NCBI GenBank assembly: GCA_964016885.1
Contig: OZ024759.1
Location: 18,600,001-18,664,000 of the forward strand
Origin: Eledone cirrhosa
Taxonomy: Eukaryota
DNA: 64,000 nucleotides
Reading direction: 5' to 3'
Shown: piece by piece, positions 31,860 to 44,400 of the stretch
Position numbering within the stretch: position 1 is the stretch's first letter
How the letters are laid out: each line of letters opens with the position of its first letter
Notes under the pieces: model-generated
Seen by the model: only the letters and a program-made list of their open reading frames with translations
Told to the model about the DNA's origin: nothing
Databases searched by the model: none
Program-made: the position numbers and the translations under genes

Positions 31860-32197
31860 ATATAGATAGAGAAGGAGAGAGAGAGAGAGAGACAGAGAGA
31901 AAGAGGGGGGAGGGAGAGGAGGGGAGAATGGAGGAGAACAAATAGAGACGGGGGGATGAAGGAGATAGAAGTGAGTGGTGAGAAAGAAGGTGACAAGTAC
32001 ATGTAGAGGGGTAGGAAAGAAAGAGGAGAGAGAGAGAAAGAGAGATATTGTAATAGAAAGAGGGAGGGAGAAAAGAGAGACGAGACAAAGATATATATAG
32101 AGAGAGAGAGAAGGAGAGAGGACGAGAGAGGACGAGAGAGAAGGAGAGAGAACAAGATATTGTAATAGAGAGAGAGAGAAAGAGAGATAAAACAAAG

Positions 32198-32235
<38 letters not shown>

Positions 32236-32610
32236 GGAATGATGAGAGAGGAGAGAGAAGGCGAGAGAAGGAATGAGGAGAGAGGAGAGAGAACGAGAGA
32301 GAACGAGAGAGAACGAGATATTGTAATAGAAAGTGAGAGGAGAGAGAAAAATGGAGAACGAGAACAAAAGAGAGAGGAGAACGAAAGAGAGAGAGAAAGA
32401 GAGAGAAAGAACGAGATATTGTAATAGAAAGTGAGATGAGAGAGAAAGAGAGAAAAATGGAGAACGAGAGAGAGAGAAAGAGAGAGAAGGAATGAGAAGG
32501 AGAGAGAACGAGAGAGAACGAGATATTGTAATAGAAAGTGGGAGGAGAGAGAAAGAGAGAAAAATGGAGAACGAGAACGAAAGAGAGAGGAGAACGAAAG
32601 AGAGAGAGAA

Positions 32611-32650
<40 letters not shown>

Positions 32651-33192
32651 GAAAGAGAATGGAGATATTGTAATAGAAAGAGAGAGGGAAAGAAGAGAGA
32701 GAGAGAGAGAGAGAGAAATAGAAAGAGAATGGAGATATTGTAATAGAAAGAGAGAGGGAAAGAAGAGAGAGAGAGAGAGAGAGAAAGAAATAGAAAGAGA
32801 ATGGAGATATTGTAATAGAAAGAGAGAGGGAAAAAGATAATGAAAGATATTGTTGGACGCAAATAAATCTATAAATAAATACATAAAATAAACAATCAAA
32901 TAATCAATCTAAAATGGACGACAGATTACTAATGGACTGGAATAGAGGGTGGCTAGAATACCATAGAGTGGCGGTGATGGTGGTAGTAGTAGTAGTAGTG
33001 GTAGTGGTGGTGGTGGTGGTAGTAGTGGTGGTGGTGGTAGTGGTGGTGGTGGTGGTGGTAGTAGTGGTGGTGGTGATGGTGGTAGTAGTGGTGGTGGTGG
33101 TGGTAGTGGTGGTGGTAGTAGTAGTGGTGGTGGTGGTGGTAGTGGTGGTGGTGGTGGTAGTGGTGGTGGTGGTAGTAGTAGTGGTTGTAGTG

Positions 33193-33235
<43 letters not shown>

Positions 33236-33450
33236 AGGTGGTGGTGGTGGTGGTGGTAGTGTTTGAGTTGGTGGAAGAAGAAAAGAAGAAGAAAAAGAAG
33301 AAAAAGAAAAAGAAGAAAAAGAAAAAGAAAAAGAAGAAAAAGAAAAAGAATAATAATAATAAGAAGAAGAATAATAAGAAGAAAAATAACCAAAAAAAAA
33401 GAAAAGGAAAATAACAAAAAAAGAAAAGAAGAAGAAGAAAAAGAAGAATG
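31860..33450. repeat. GA-rich minisatellite anchored on agatattgtaatagaaag, then (GTG/GTA)n at 32970-33260 and (GAA/GAAAAA)n
   Basis: The anchor recurs about 8 times between 32043 and 32822. Confidence 0.9.
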
Positions 33451-33854
33451 AAAAGTGTGAAATGAAATATGAATAGAGAAAGTAGAGTAAAAAGGCAAAT
33501 GAGAAAGAGTGGGAAGAGGAGGTGGAAGAGGAGGGGGAAGCGGAACAGTGGGAGGAAGAAGAGGAATATTGGGGGGAGGGGGGAGGGAGCAGCGGAATGA
33601 AAGGGAGAAGAGGAAGGGATGATGATGGCGAAGAAGGAATCTATGACAAAAGTAAGCAAGAACTATAAAACTAAATATAAAGAACGAGAATCTTAAGAAA
33701 AACCAAACATGGTTGAATTACCACAGCAGCAACAAGAACAACATCAATAAACAGCCTTAATAATACGTCACTATCGTTTGTATAGGGGTGGGTGTATATA
33801 TATATATATATAATATATTAACAAATGGAAACTATATTTATAAAACCATATTTA

Positions 33855-33915
33855 TTTCATTATACATATTTCAAGGACACCAAAGCAACTTATGGTGCGC
33901 TTTCATCAGATAAAA
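33855..33915 (-). ncRNA. Type-I hammerhead ribozyme within a repeat (33815-34080)
   Basis: Minus strand: TTTTAT CTGATGA aag GCACCA..TGGTGT cctt GAAAT ATGT ATA ATGAAA. Homologs at 60231-60289 (-) and truncated 6000-6090 (+). Confidence 0.72.
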
Positions 33916-34200
33916 TATAATATAGATCAGTTTTATAAACAAATATCGACATACCCTTAAAGAATGCAACCATGTCGGTTGGAAGCTCCCGGATAGACTA
34001 TCCAAAAATTTGTCGAGTGCTTTATATCAGTTATAAAAATATTTGCTTGTTGTATCCCAACAAATTAAATATAACTTCTACATACACACACACATATATA
34101 TATATATATATAATGAAAAATTGAACAGGGACAGAACAGAGAGGCAGTACGATAAATGTTTATTAAATTCACGCTCAGGAGAGTGGGGGGTAGGTGGGGG

Positions 34201-34232
34201 ACGACGTTTCGGGCATAAGCCCTTCTTCAGGT
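34201..34232 (-). ncRNA. Minimal hammerhead ribozyme of Penelope-like pLTR type
   Basis: Minus strand: ac CTGAAGA a GGGC-ttat-GCCC GAAAC GTC gt. AATAAA lies shortly downstream. Confidence 0.78.
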
Positions 34233-35249
34233 GAGAAGTGTGTGGGAACAGAGTTCAAAAGGTGTGTAGGGAGTGGTGGAGAGACATATAGCGAAAGGAA
34301 ACGGTGCGAAGTGTGTGGGAACAGAGTTCAAAAGGTGTGTAGGGGAGATATATTATATATATATATATACATGTATATATATATAAACCCGTGTCATTTT
34401 CACAAACAGGACAAGATGGTATAAAGAAAATAAGACCAGAAAGAAGAAAGAAGAGGCGGCACAGAGGGAATTAAATTATCATTGATGAGGTCACTGGCTG
34501 TGTGACGAAAGAAATTTGGCCAACTACTTAAGATAACGAACTAGTAGGAAAAACGAAGTGAAAATCAATAGTGTGTTTATTTTATTGCCAATATTGGCAA
34601 GATAACCGTCTCCAAATAAAACAATTTATATAATTGTATCCTAGAAATAAATTAAGATATCCTTTTTATCTTTAATAATTTCTATGTGTCAGTCATCCAC
34701 TTGAATTATAGCGATTCTTTTAGGGAAGCCATTAATTTATCAAAACGTCCATTTTAGAATACAAATTTTCCCATCCATTCAGGATAAACATAAAATATAT
34801 CTACGTATAGACCAATAGCTCTGAGCATCGGAAGGGCATCGTAGTTTCCTCCGATGAAGACCATGTCCTCTTTAGGCTTAAACACAGCCGATTTCTTTCA
34901 GAGAAGGAGCGAAAGGGAGACAGCCATACAAAGGAAGAAATTATCCCAGTACAGGACTGGTACTTTTCTGTATATCGACCTCGAAAGGATGAAGTCTATA
35001 TTAACCCCAGTAGGAGTTGAATTCAGAGCGCAATAAAAACATATACACAGAGATATAGCAGCAGTAGTAATAGTCTCACGAACACTGAACATTATAGTGA
35101 AATGCTCATCACAGTAGTATGAAGGACTTTCTACTATATATATATATATATACATTAGTAAAGAAATCGGGGCATCGACTCTCTACTATCCCAAGTATCG
35201 AGTACCGACGGTTTCTAGTTTAAAACTGGTATAATCCTGATATATATAT

Positions 35250-36082
35250 CTTAGTCTTAGTTCCTCCAGTCCCTTGTGGAACATAGGGCGACGAGCTTCC
35301 TCCACTTGATCCTGTCACTGGAGGCCCTTTCAGCACCTCTCCAGGTAATTCCCATCTCCCGCAGGTCCTCCCTGAATGTGCTCCGCCATGTTTTTCGTGG
35401 TCTTCCCCGTTCTCTCCTGCCACCTTCTAGCACCCAATCCATGGCAATATGAGTAGGTCGATCTGCCGGCAAACGAAGGATGTGACCCGCGAACCGCCAT
35501 CTCCTTTTCCGTTGGGATGGAAGGAGATTAAGCGACCTGGACTTTGCCGATGACATTGCAGTGATAGGCCATTCCCGAGAAGACCTGCAAGAGATGACAA
35601 ACGTTCTAAATGACAATGCAGAGAAAGTTGGCCTGCGCATCAGTTGTGAAAAAACCAAGACCATGTCGACAGGTGACCCTACAAATCCTCCCATCATGGT
35701 TGGTCAGCGTAACATTGAATGTGTAAACCACTTCCAATACCTTGGCAGCAACATCTCTGACGATGGGGATGCTGAGGTGGATGTGCGCACAAGGCTGGGA
35801 AAAGCAGCGGCGGTCTTCCAGCGACTCCGTCCGGTATGGTCCAGGTGTTCCATCGGCAACGCCGTCAAATTCCGTGTTTACATGTCCATTGTAGCACCAA
35901 CAGCGATATATGCCCGTGAGACATGGAAGAGTACGGAAAGTGTATGTAACAAGCTTGATGTATTCCACTGTCGTTGCATTCGGACCAGATTGAAAATTTC
36001 ATGGAGAGACCAAGTTAGCAACGAGGAAGTGATGAGGAGGTCAGGATTGGAGAGGTTAAGGGACATTGTCCGGAAAAGGAGA

Positions 36083-36085
<3 letters not shown>
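35250..36085 (-). mobile_element. RTE-clade LINE with 5' inversion
   Basis: 35250-35512 (-) encodes RKRRWRFAGHILR...GRPRKTWRSTF...DRIKWRKLV plus tail. 35513-36085 (+) encodes DLDFADDI...FQYLGS...RLRDIVRKRR. The two pieces are contiguous in the parent element. Confidence 0.92.
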
Positions 36086-36161
<76 letters not shown>

Positions 36162-36305
36162 AAGATAGGAAAAAAATGGCATCCCTTGTAGTTCTAAACA
36201 ATTTGATTTAATTTTATACCAAATCATTTTATAAAATTAAATCAAGTCATTATTTTCCTTTTTTTAAATATACATAACTGTACCAAGGATTTCACAGATT
36301 TTCCA

Positions 36306-36336
<31 letters not shown>

Positions 36337-36954
36337 TGTATGTATGTATGTATGTATGTATGTATGTATGTGCATATGTATGTGTGTGTATGAATACAAA
36401 ATGTATGTAGTAAGCAAATACAATAAAAAGCGATTACCAAATTTGCAATACTCGCAGAAAATAAATTAGTTCATACAAAATAAATTATAATTGAGTTTCA
36501 GAAATAGTAATGATTATCTTATTAGTTTTTGTCCTAACCAGCTTCGCTGTGAGTAGCTTTTCAAACTTTCATCTTGATTTGTGCTTATGTTGAATATATA
36601 TCACACGTTATTGTATCAATTTATTTTCGTTTTGTGCTGTAAAGGTACATGTATATAGATATATAAAAAAACATAAACGTTCAACGTAAATCTTTATTAT
36701 TTTCCCTATTTGACGTGATTTGTACAGAATTTCTTAAAATTAGACCATTTTGATGGTTTAGTATATACCATATAATATAAATATACATACAACTTTGCAT
36801 TTTCCTCATTCTAAATTTACACCTTAATCCTTATTTTGAAGAAGTAACTTGAACTCAAATGCTTGTATTGAATTGTATCCTTATCTACTGAATATATATA
36901 TAACGAATAAGTAAAAACGAAATAGTTTCAGATGTTCAAGTCCTTAATAATAAT

Positions 36955-37028
36955 GCTGTGATATATATTTCAATGACGACACTGGCCACACTGTTCTGTG
37001 TGCGAGTGTCGTGACATCATCAGACAGC
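36955..37028 (-). ncRNA. Type-I hammerhead ribozyme, left arm
   Basis: Mirror of 37466-37539. Confidence 0.78.
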
Positions 37029-37465
37029 TTGTTACATAATAAGGTTGTTTCCGAGGCAATCCAAATTGAATCGACATGGGAACGGACGAAGTTCGTGCTT
37101 TTGGGTTTTTCATCCGTTCCCTTGTGAGTACCAATTCACCCCCACCGGTCTGCGCAAGCGCATGTCCGAAGGAAGTTGACCATTAGCACCGCAGATTTCA
37201 ACGAAATTCGCTGTCAGTGGCCCACCTATGCCTTGCCAAAGCTTACTGCTACCATCGCTACTGTGGCAGTCAGCCGAAAGCCAGAGATTTCGTTGAAATC
37301 TGCGGTGCTAATGGTCAACTTCCTTCGGACATGCGCTTGCGCAGACCGGTGGGGGTGAATTGGTACTCACAAGGGAACGGATGAAAAACCCAAAAGCACG
37401 AACTTCGTCCGTTCCCATGTCGATTCAATTTGGATTGTCTCGGAAACAACCTTATTATGTAACAA

Positions 37466-37539
37466 GCTGTCTGATGATGTCACGACACTCGCACACAGAA
37501 CAGTGTGGCCAGTGTCGTCATTGAAATATATATCACAGC
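37466..37539 (+). ncRNA. Type-I hammerhead ribozyme, right arm
   Basis: GCTGT CTGATGA tgtc ACGACACT..AGTGTCGT catt GAAAT ATAT ATC ACAGC. Confidence 0.78.
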
Positions 37540-37664
37540 ATTATTATTAAAGGACTTGAACATCTGAAACTACTTCGCTTTTACTTATTCGATATTTACT
37601 CCGTCACTCCTATGTGGAAAAAGTACATTGAGTGCTTGAATTGAATTGCATCAATGTTTACCCT

Positions 37665-37717
<53 letters not shown>

Positions 37718-37888
37718 AAAGGTAAACAGAAATAACAACACAGTTGGTACAGCATATGGGAGGAATATATTAGGTAAACGCTTGAAATATCAGGAAGAGG
37801 GTCTTAACGTTTCGAACGGTACCCGGAGTTTACTTGAACTTTCACCGGGAAAACTTTTCGTATCACTGATATTTTCTTTGCTTCTTGC

Positions 37889-37951
<63 letters not shown>

Positions 37952-38201
37952 GAGAGGTATAGAGATTGTTTTAGCGAGAAGCTAACAGCATTCTATAACA
38001 TATATGCGACTATAACGTCAAGATGGGAAAAGTAGTTAACGTAAGATTTAGGAAAAATAATTTAAACTCATCTCAAAAGAGAGTCAGGATACAAATTCAT
38101 CCACAGAATTTAGTGCAATCCAGGGAAAAATCAATAGACCTTTAACTCATGATAAAATAAAGTTCAAAACACTTATCCTTCAATTTGGAATAACATCAAA
38201 T

Positions 38202-38282
38202 GCTCTGTATAGTCTTAAAAGACTATTTCATGAAAACTTTCAGTGGAGATGGTCACGGTTGGATTTCATTCATCAGCAGAGC
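38202..38282 (-). ncRNA. Type-I hammerhead ribozyme with a stable 8-bp helix III
   Basis: Minus strand: GCTCTG CTGATGA ATGAAA..TTTCAT GAA ATAGTCTT-tt-AAGACTAT A CAGAGC. Confidence 0.8.
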
Positions 38283-38508
38283 TCAGCCGAAAACCAGGGC
38301 TCTCACAGTATCATAATCCGAAAAAGGGAATTCTAAAACTGGCTAGTTATATATATATATAAGATAAAAATACTTGAGTGCATTAGAGTTAAACAATCGT
38401 CGTATTAGAGAAATGACAGTATAAGATATAGCTCAATGTTATCCAACAGAGCCGAAAAATTATGTAAAAAATAAACAAAGAAGCCTTTAATTCATTAAAA
38501 ATCTTTAT

Positions 38509-38553
38509 TTGCTGACAATGTTTCGTCCCATTAATAAGGACTCATCAGAGCAA
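38509..38553 (-). ncRNA. Canonical minimal hammerhead ribozyme
   Basis: Minus strand: TTGCT CTGATGA GTCC-ttattaatg-GGAC GAAAC ATT GTC AGCAA, then ATAAA. Confidence 0.88.
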
Positions 38554-38775
38554 GGAAAAAGACAAGAAGTATTAACGGCCAGAACATATATATATATATA
38601 TACACATATGAATGAAAATATTCTGGATCCCGACGGCTGAGCTCAGGCCGTTTTGGAACCAGCTGCTGAAACGGCCGGACTCTTTTCATATTACCCACTC
38701 TACTACCCTAAGTATCACGTACTCTCGTGCATTATGGTCCACCTGGTATCTTATCACACTTTCTTTGTTATATAT

Positions 38776-38972
38776 ATCATCATCATCTTCGTTTAACGTC
38801 CATCTTCCACGCTAGCATGGGTTAGATGGGAGTTGTCCCACTTGAGGCAAGGCTGGTCGGGTGACTGTGTCTCGCTCATATAGGACTATCTGGCAGGTTT
38901 TATACGGCTGGATGCCTTCCTAACACCAACCACATTTACAGTGTGGAACTGGGAACTTTTTACAGTGTTACC
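38776..38972 (-). mobile_element. RTE-related SINE / non-autonomous element with (GAT)n tail
   Basis: Minus strand: gtggttggtgttaggaaggcatccagccgtataaaac...catgctagcgtggaagatggacgttaaacgaagatgatgatgat. Confidence 0.7.
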
Positions 38973-39169
38973 TACACGACCACATTACAGTGTGGACTGA
39001 GTGTGTGTTTTTTAGTTGCTGTGACACCTACACGATCTTGATCTCATTATCTCATTTATTTGGACTGGATGTTGTGGTACCAACTTCACAGAGAGAGGGT
39101 GGTGTTGGTGGGAGTGGGAGGATAGGGTAGGGGTAGTGGATTGGGGTGTATATTTGGTTAAGAGGTGCC

Positions 39170-39341
39170 TACTGACTGTAGGTTTCGCTTTGTACATAGG
39201 CAAGGCGGGTCTTCTGTATTACTGTGTAGCGCCAAAGATCTCGGTCCAGTGACATTGTCTTTGAGAGGTGCAAGTGTGTAACATCGGAGTTTACCAGACC
39301 GTCCCAGGTTTTTCTGGGTCTACCTACTCCGTAGCTACCAT

Positions 39342-39342
<1 letters not shown>
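39170..39342 (-). mobile_element. RTE-clade LINE 3' fragment
   Basis: GRPRKTWDGLVNSD...SLDRDLWR motif. Confidence 0.75.
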
Positions 39343-39417
<75 letters not shown>

Positions 39418-39530
39418 AGTCCCCAAATACTATAAAACACGATTTTCGAGGTGAAGATCACTAAAGTACTCAATAAATCAGAATATATTAAATATAGAAC
39501 ATTACGTAAGCTCGTGTTTGGGAATATGAG

Positions 39531-39716
39531 ATAATTGTTTCTACTTTTGGCACAAGGCCAGCAATTACCCAGTACATTACAGGTACTTTATTTTATCGAC
39601 CCCGTAAGGATGAAAGGCAAATTAACCTCGGCGGGATTTGAACTCAGATCATAAAGGGACGTAACTCTATGCTTCAAAGCATGGTGTCCGACTCTCTACC
39701 GATACTGCCAATCCAT
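39531..39716 (-). mobile_element. tRNA-headed SINE
   Basis: Reverse complement of the 2093-2280 family. Confidence 0.9.
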
Positions 39717-40027
39717 AGCATTATATAACCAATATGATTCAAGAAAATATATCAAGGTTTAGATAGTAAAGTAGATATACGTACTGTTTTTCACCACACA
39801 TATATTATATATATATATACATGCACATCACATATATATATATATATATATGTATATATGAGAGACGTAAAATAAGAAAATTATAAAATTAACTTACATA
39901 TATATATTTGCTAGCATAAGTATGCATCTGTGTATATATATGTTACTAGATATACTAATTCTTTATATATGTATATATATATATTTATATAGACACATGC
40001 ACATCACATGTATAATACACATATGTA

Positions 40028-40070
<43 letters not shown>

Positions 40071-40073
<3 letters not shown>

Positions 40074-40251
40074 AACAAGTATGACCCCGACGGCAGAGCT
40101 CAACCCGTTTCGATCCAGAAATAGCCGTCGAAACGGCTTGAGCTCTGCCGTCGGGGTCATACTTGTTCCTATTACCCACTCTACTACACTAACTATTGAG
40201 TACTTTGGTGCGTTATGGTCCATCTGGTTCCTTACCACAATTCCTTCGTTA
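40071..40251 (+). mobile_element. Fold-back element, family B
   Basis: Short left arm 40071-40112, right arm and tail as in 7359-7553. Confidence 0.85.
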
Positions 40252-40292
40252 TATGTATATGTATATATATATACAACACATGCATAATACAC

Positions 40293-40336
<44 letters not shown>

Positions 40337-40471
40337 AACTACGTGTGTAGGAATGTATGTATGTATATACATTATTGTTACTGGTGCGTGTTAAACCCCA
40401 GGGTATATATACACGAGAACATTTATTCAATTATTTTTTTTGGCAATGCTTCTGAGTGCAATATGTGAGCG

Positions 40472-40503
<32 letters not shown>

Positions 40504-40541
40504 TATATATATATATGTATATATATTATTATATATATGTA

Positions 40542-40573
<32 letters not shown>

Positions 40574-40646
40574 GCATATATATATATATGCATATATATA
40601 TATATATAGAGATAGATATATATATATATATGCATATATATATATA

Positions 40647-40698
<52 letters not shown>

Positions 40699-40787
40699 AT
40701 ATACGAGTATATACATATATACACGTAGATACACACTCACACGTATATATTTATGATATATATATATAAGCGTATACACACACACGC

Positions 40788-40819
<32 letters not shown>

Positions 40820-41213
40820 TACATATATATATATATATAATAATATATATACATATATATATATAATAATATATATACCTATAATAATTTATATATATAA
40901 TATATATACATATATATAATAATATATATACATATATACAATAATATATATACATATATATAATAATATATATAATAATATATATACATATATATAATAA
41001 TATATATACATATATATAATAATATATATACATATATATAATAATATATATACATATATATAATAATATATATACATATATACATATAATAATATATATA
41101 TATATATATATATACATATAATACATATATATAATAATATATATACATATATATATACATATAATAATATATATATATACATATAATAATATATATGTAT
41201 ATATATATATATA

Positions 41214-41249
<36 letters not shown>

Positions 41250-41461
41250 CTCACCCAGATACAGATATAGAGATACATATGTTGACTGTGCGTGTATAAT
41301 GTTGATAGATGAAGATATCAATGACACTATTCGTTTATTCAGAAATATAAATCTTAGTTATCAAAAGCGATAATTAGATGAAAAGACGACATCACGAAAG
41401 AGGTCTTAACATATTGCTATACGAGTTTAGACAGGTCTTTTCCAAGAGGCAAAAAATGAAC

Positions 41462-44400
41462 AAAGAATACTGCCAGACTAAATTCAGTCTGCAATAACAT
41501 TCATGAAATGTATCTTTGTCTGTTAATTATTACTGAATATGGGGGACGGTAACAGGCGAAGAATACTGCCAGACTAAATTCAGTCTGCAATAACATTCAT
41601 GAAATATATCTTTGTGTGTTAATTATCACTGAATATGGGGGACGGTAACAGGCGAAGAATACTGCCAGACTATATTCAGTCTGCAATAACATTCATGAAA
41701 TATATCTTTGTGTGTTAATTATCAGTGAATATGCCTGACGGTAACAGGCGAAGAATACTGCCAGACTAAATTCAGTCTGCAATAACATTCATGAAATATA
41801 TCTTTGTCTGTTAATTATCACTGAATATGGGGGACGGTAACAGGCGAAGAATACTGCCAGACTATATTCAGTCTGCAATAACATTCATGAAATGTATCTT
41901 TGTCTGTTAATTATTACTGAATATGCGGGACGGTAACAGGCGAAGAATACTGCCAGACTAAATTCAGTCTGCAATAACATTCATGAAATATATCTTTGTG
42001 TGTTAATTATCACTGAATATGGGGGACGGTAACAGGCGAAGAATACTGCCAGACTATATTCAGTCTGCAATAACATTCATGAAATATATCTTTGTGTGTT
42101 AATTATCAGTGAATATGCCTGACGGTAACAGGCGAAGAATACTGCCAGACTAAATTCAGTCTGCAATAACATTCATGAAATATATCTTTGTCTGTTAATT
42201 ATCACTGAATATGGGGGACGGTAACAGGCGAAGAATACTGCCAGACTATATTCAGTCTGCAATAACATTCATGAAATATATCTTTGTGTGTTAATTATCA
42301 GTGAATATGGGGGACGGTAACAGGCGAAGAAAACTGCCAGACTAAATTCAGTCTGCAATAACATTCATGAAATATATCTTTGTCTGTTAATTATCACTGA
42401 ATATGGGGGACGGTAACAGGCGAAGAATACTGCCAGACTAAATTCAGTCTGCAATAACATTCATGAAATATATCTTTGTCTGTTAATTATCACTGAATAT
42501 GGGGGACGGTAACAGGCGAAGAATACTGCCAGACTAAATTCAGTCTGCAATAACATTCATGAAATATATCTTTGTCTGTTAATTATCACTGAATATGGGG
42601 GACGGTAACAGGCGAAGAAAACTGCCAGACTAAATTCAGTCTGCAATAACATTCATGAAATATATCTTTGTGTGTTAATTATCACTGAATATGGGGGACG
42701 GTAACAGGCGAAGAAAACTGCCAGACTAAATTCAGTCTGCAATAACATTCATGAAATATATCTTTGTCTGTTAATTATCACTGAATATGGGGGACGGTAA
42801 CAGGCGAAGAATACTGCCAGACTAAATTCAGTCTGCAATAACATTCATTAAATATATCTTTGTCTGTTAATTATCACTGAATATGGGGGACGGTAACAGG
42901 CGAAGAATACTGCCAGACTAAATTCAGTCTGCAATAACATTCATTAAATATATCTTTGTCTGTTAATTATCACTGAATATGGGGGACGGTAACAGGCGAA
43001 GAATACTGCCAGACTAAATTCAGTCTGCAATAACATTCATTAAATATATCTTTGTCTGTTAATTATCACTGAATATGGGGGACGGTAACAGGCGAAGAAT
43101 ACTGCCAGACTAAATTCAGTCTGCAATAACATTCATTAAATATATCTTTGTCTGTTAATTATCACTGAATATGGGGGACGGTAACAGGCGAAGAATACTG
43201 CCAGACTAAATTCAGTCTGCAATAACATTCATGAAATATATCTTTGTGTGTTAATTATCACTGAATATGCGGGACGGTAACAGGCGAAGAATACTGCCAG
43301 ACTATATTCAGTCTGCAATAACATTCATGAAATATATCTTTGTGTGTTAATTATCACTGAATATGCCCGACGGTAACAGGCGAAGAATACTGCCAGACTA
43401 AATTCAGTCTGCAATAACATTCATGAAATGTATCTTTGTCTGTTAATTATCAGTGAATATGGGGGACGGTAACAGGCGAAGAATACTGCCAGACTAAATT
43501 CAGTCTGCAATAACATTCATGAAATGTATCTTTGTGTGTTAATTATCACTGAATATGGGGGACGGTAACAGGCGAAGAATACTGCCAGACTAAATTCAGT
43601 CTGCAATAACATTCATGAAATGTATCTTTGTGTGTTAATTATCACTGAATATGCGGGACGGTAACAGGCGAAGAAAACTGCCAGACTAAATTCAGTCTGC
43701 AATAACATTCATTAAATATATCTTTGTGTGTTAATTATCACTGCATATGCCTGACGGTAACAGGCGAAGAATACTGCCAGACTAAATTCAGTCTGCAATA
43801 ACATTCATGAAATATATCTTTGTCTGTTAATTATCACTGAATATGCGGGACGGTAACAAGCGAAGAATACTGCCAGACTAAATTCAGTCTGCAATAACAT
43901 TCATGAAATGTATCTTTGTCTGTTAATTATCACTGAATATGGGGGACGGTAACAGGCGAAGAATACTGCCAGACTAAATTCAGTCTGCAATAACATTCAT
44001 GAAATGTATCTTTGTCTGTTAATTATCACTGAATATGGGGGACGGTAACAGGCGAAGAATACTGCCAGACTAAATTCAGTCTGCAATAACATTCATGAAA
44101 TATATCTTTGTGTGTTAATTATCACTGAATATGCGGGACGGTAACAGGCGAAGAATACTGCCAGACTAAATTCAGTCTGCAATAACATTCATGAAATATA
44201 TCTTTGTGTGTTAATTATCACTGAATATGCGGGACGGTAACAGGCGAAGAATACTGCCAGACTATATTCAGTCTGCAATAACATTCATGAAATATATCTT
44301 TGTGTGTTAATTATCACTGAATATGCGGGACGGTAACAGGCGAAGAATACTGCCAGACTATATTCAGTCTGCAATAACATTCATGAAATATATCTTTGTG

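Larger units (their letters stand above)
36904..37668 (+). mobile_element. Large fold-back HHR element: arms 36904-37207 and 37287-37591, 79-bp spacer, tail to 37668
   Basis: ~304-bp inverted repeats with few mismatches. HHR in each arm. TA flanks. Confidence 0.88.

Noticed and set aside
32904-33659. Poly-V/K and poly-T/F ORFs resembling a mucin or membrane protein
   Set aside because: Pure trinucleotide microsatellites (GTG/GTA, GAA) with no complex sequence.
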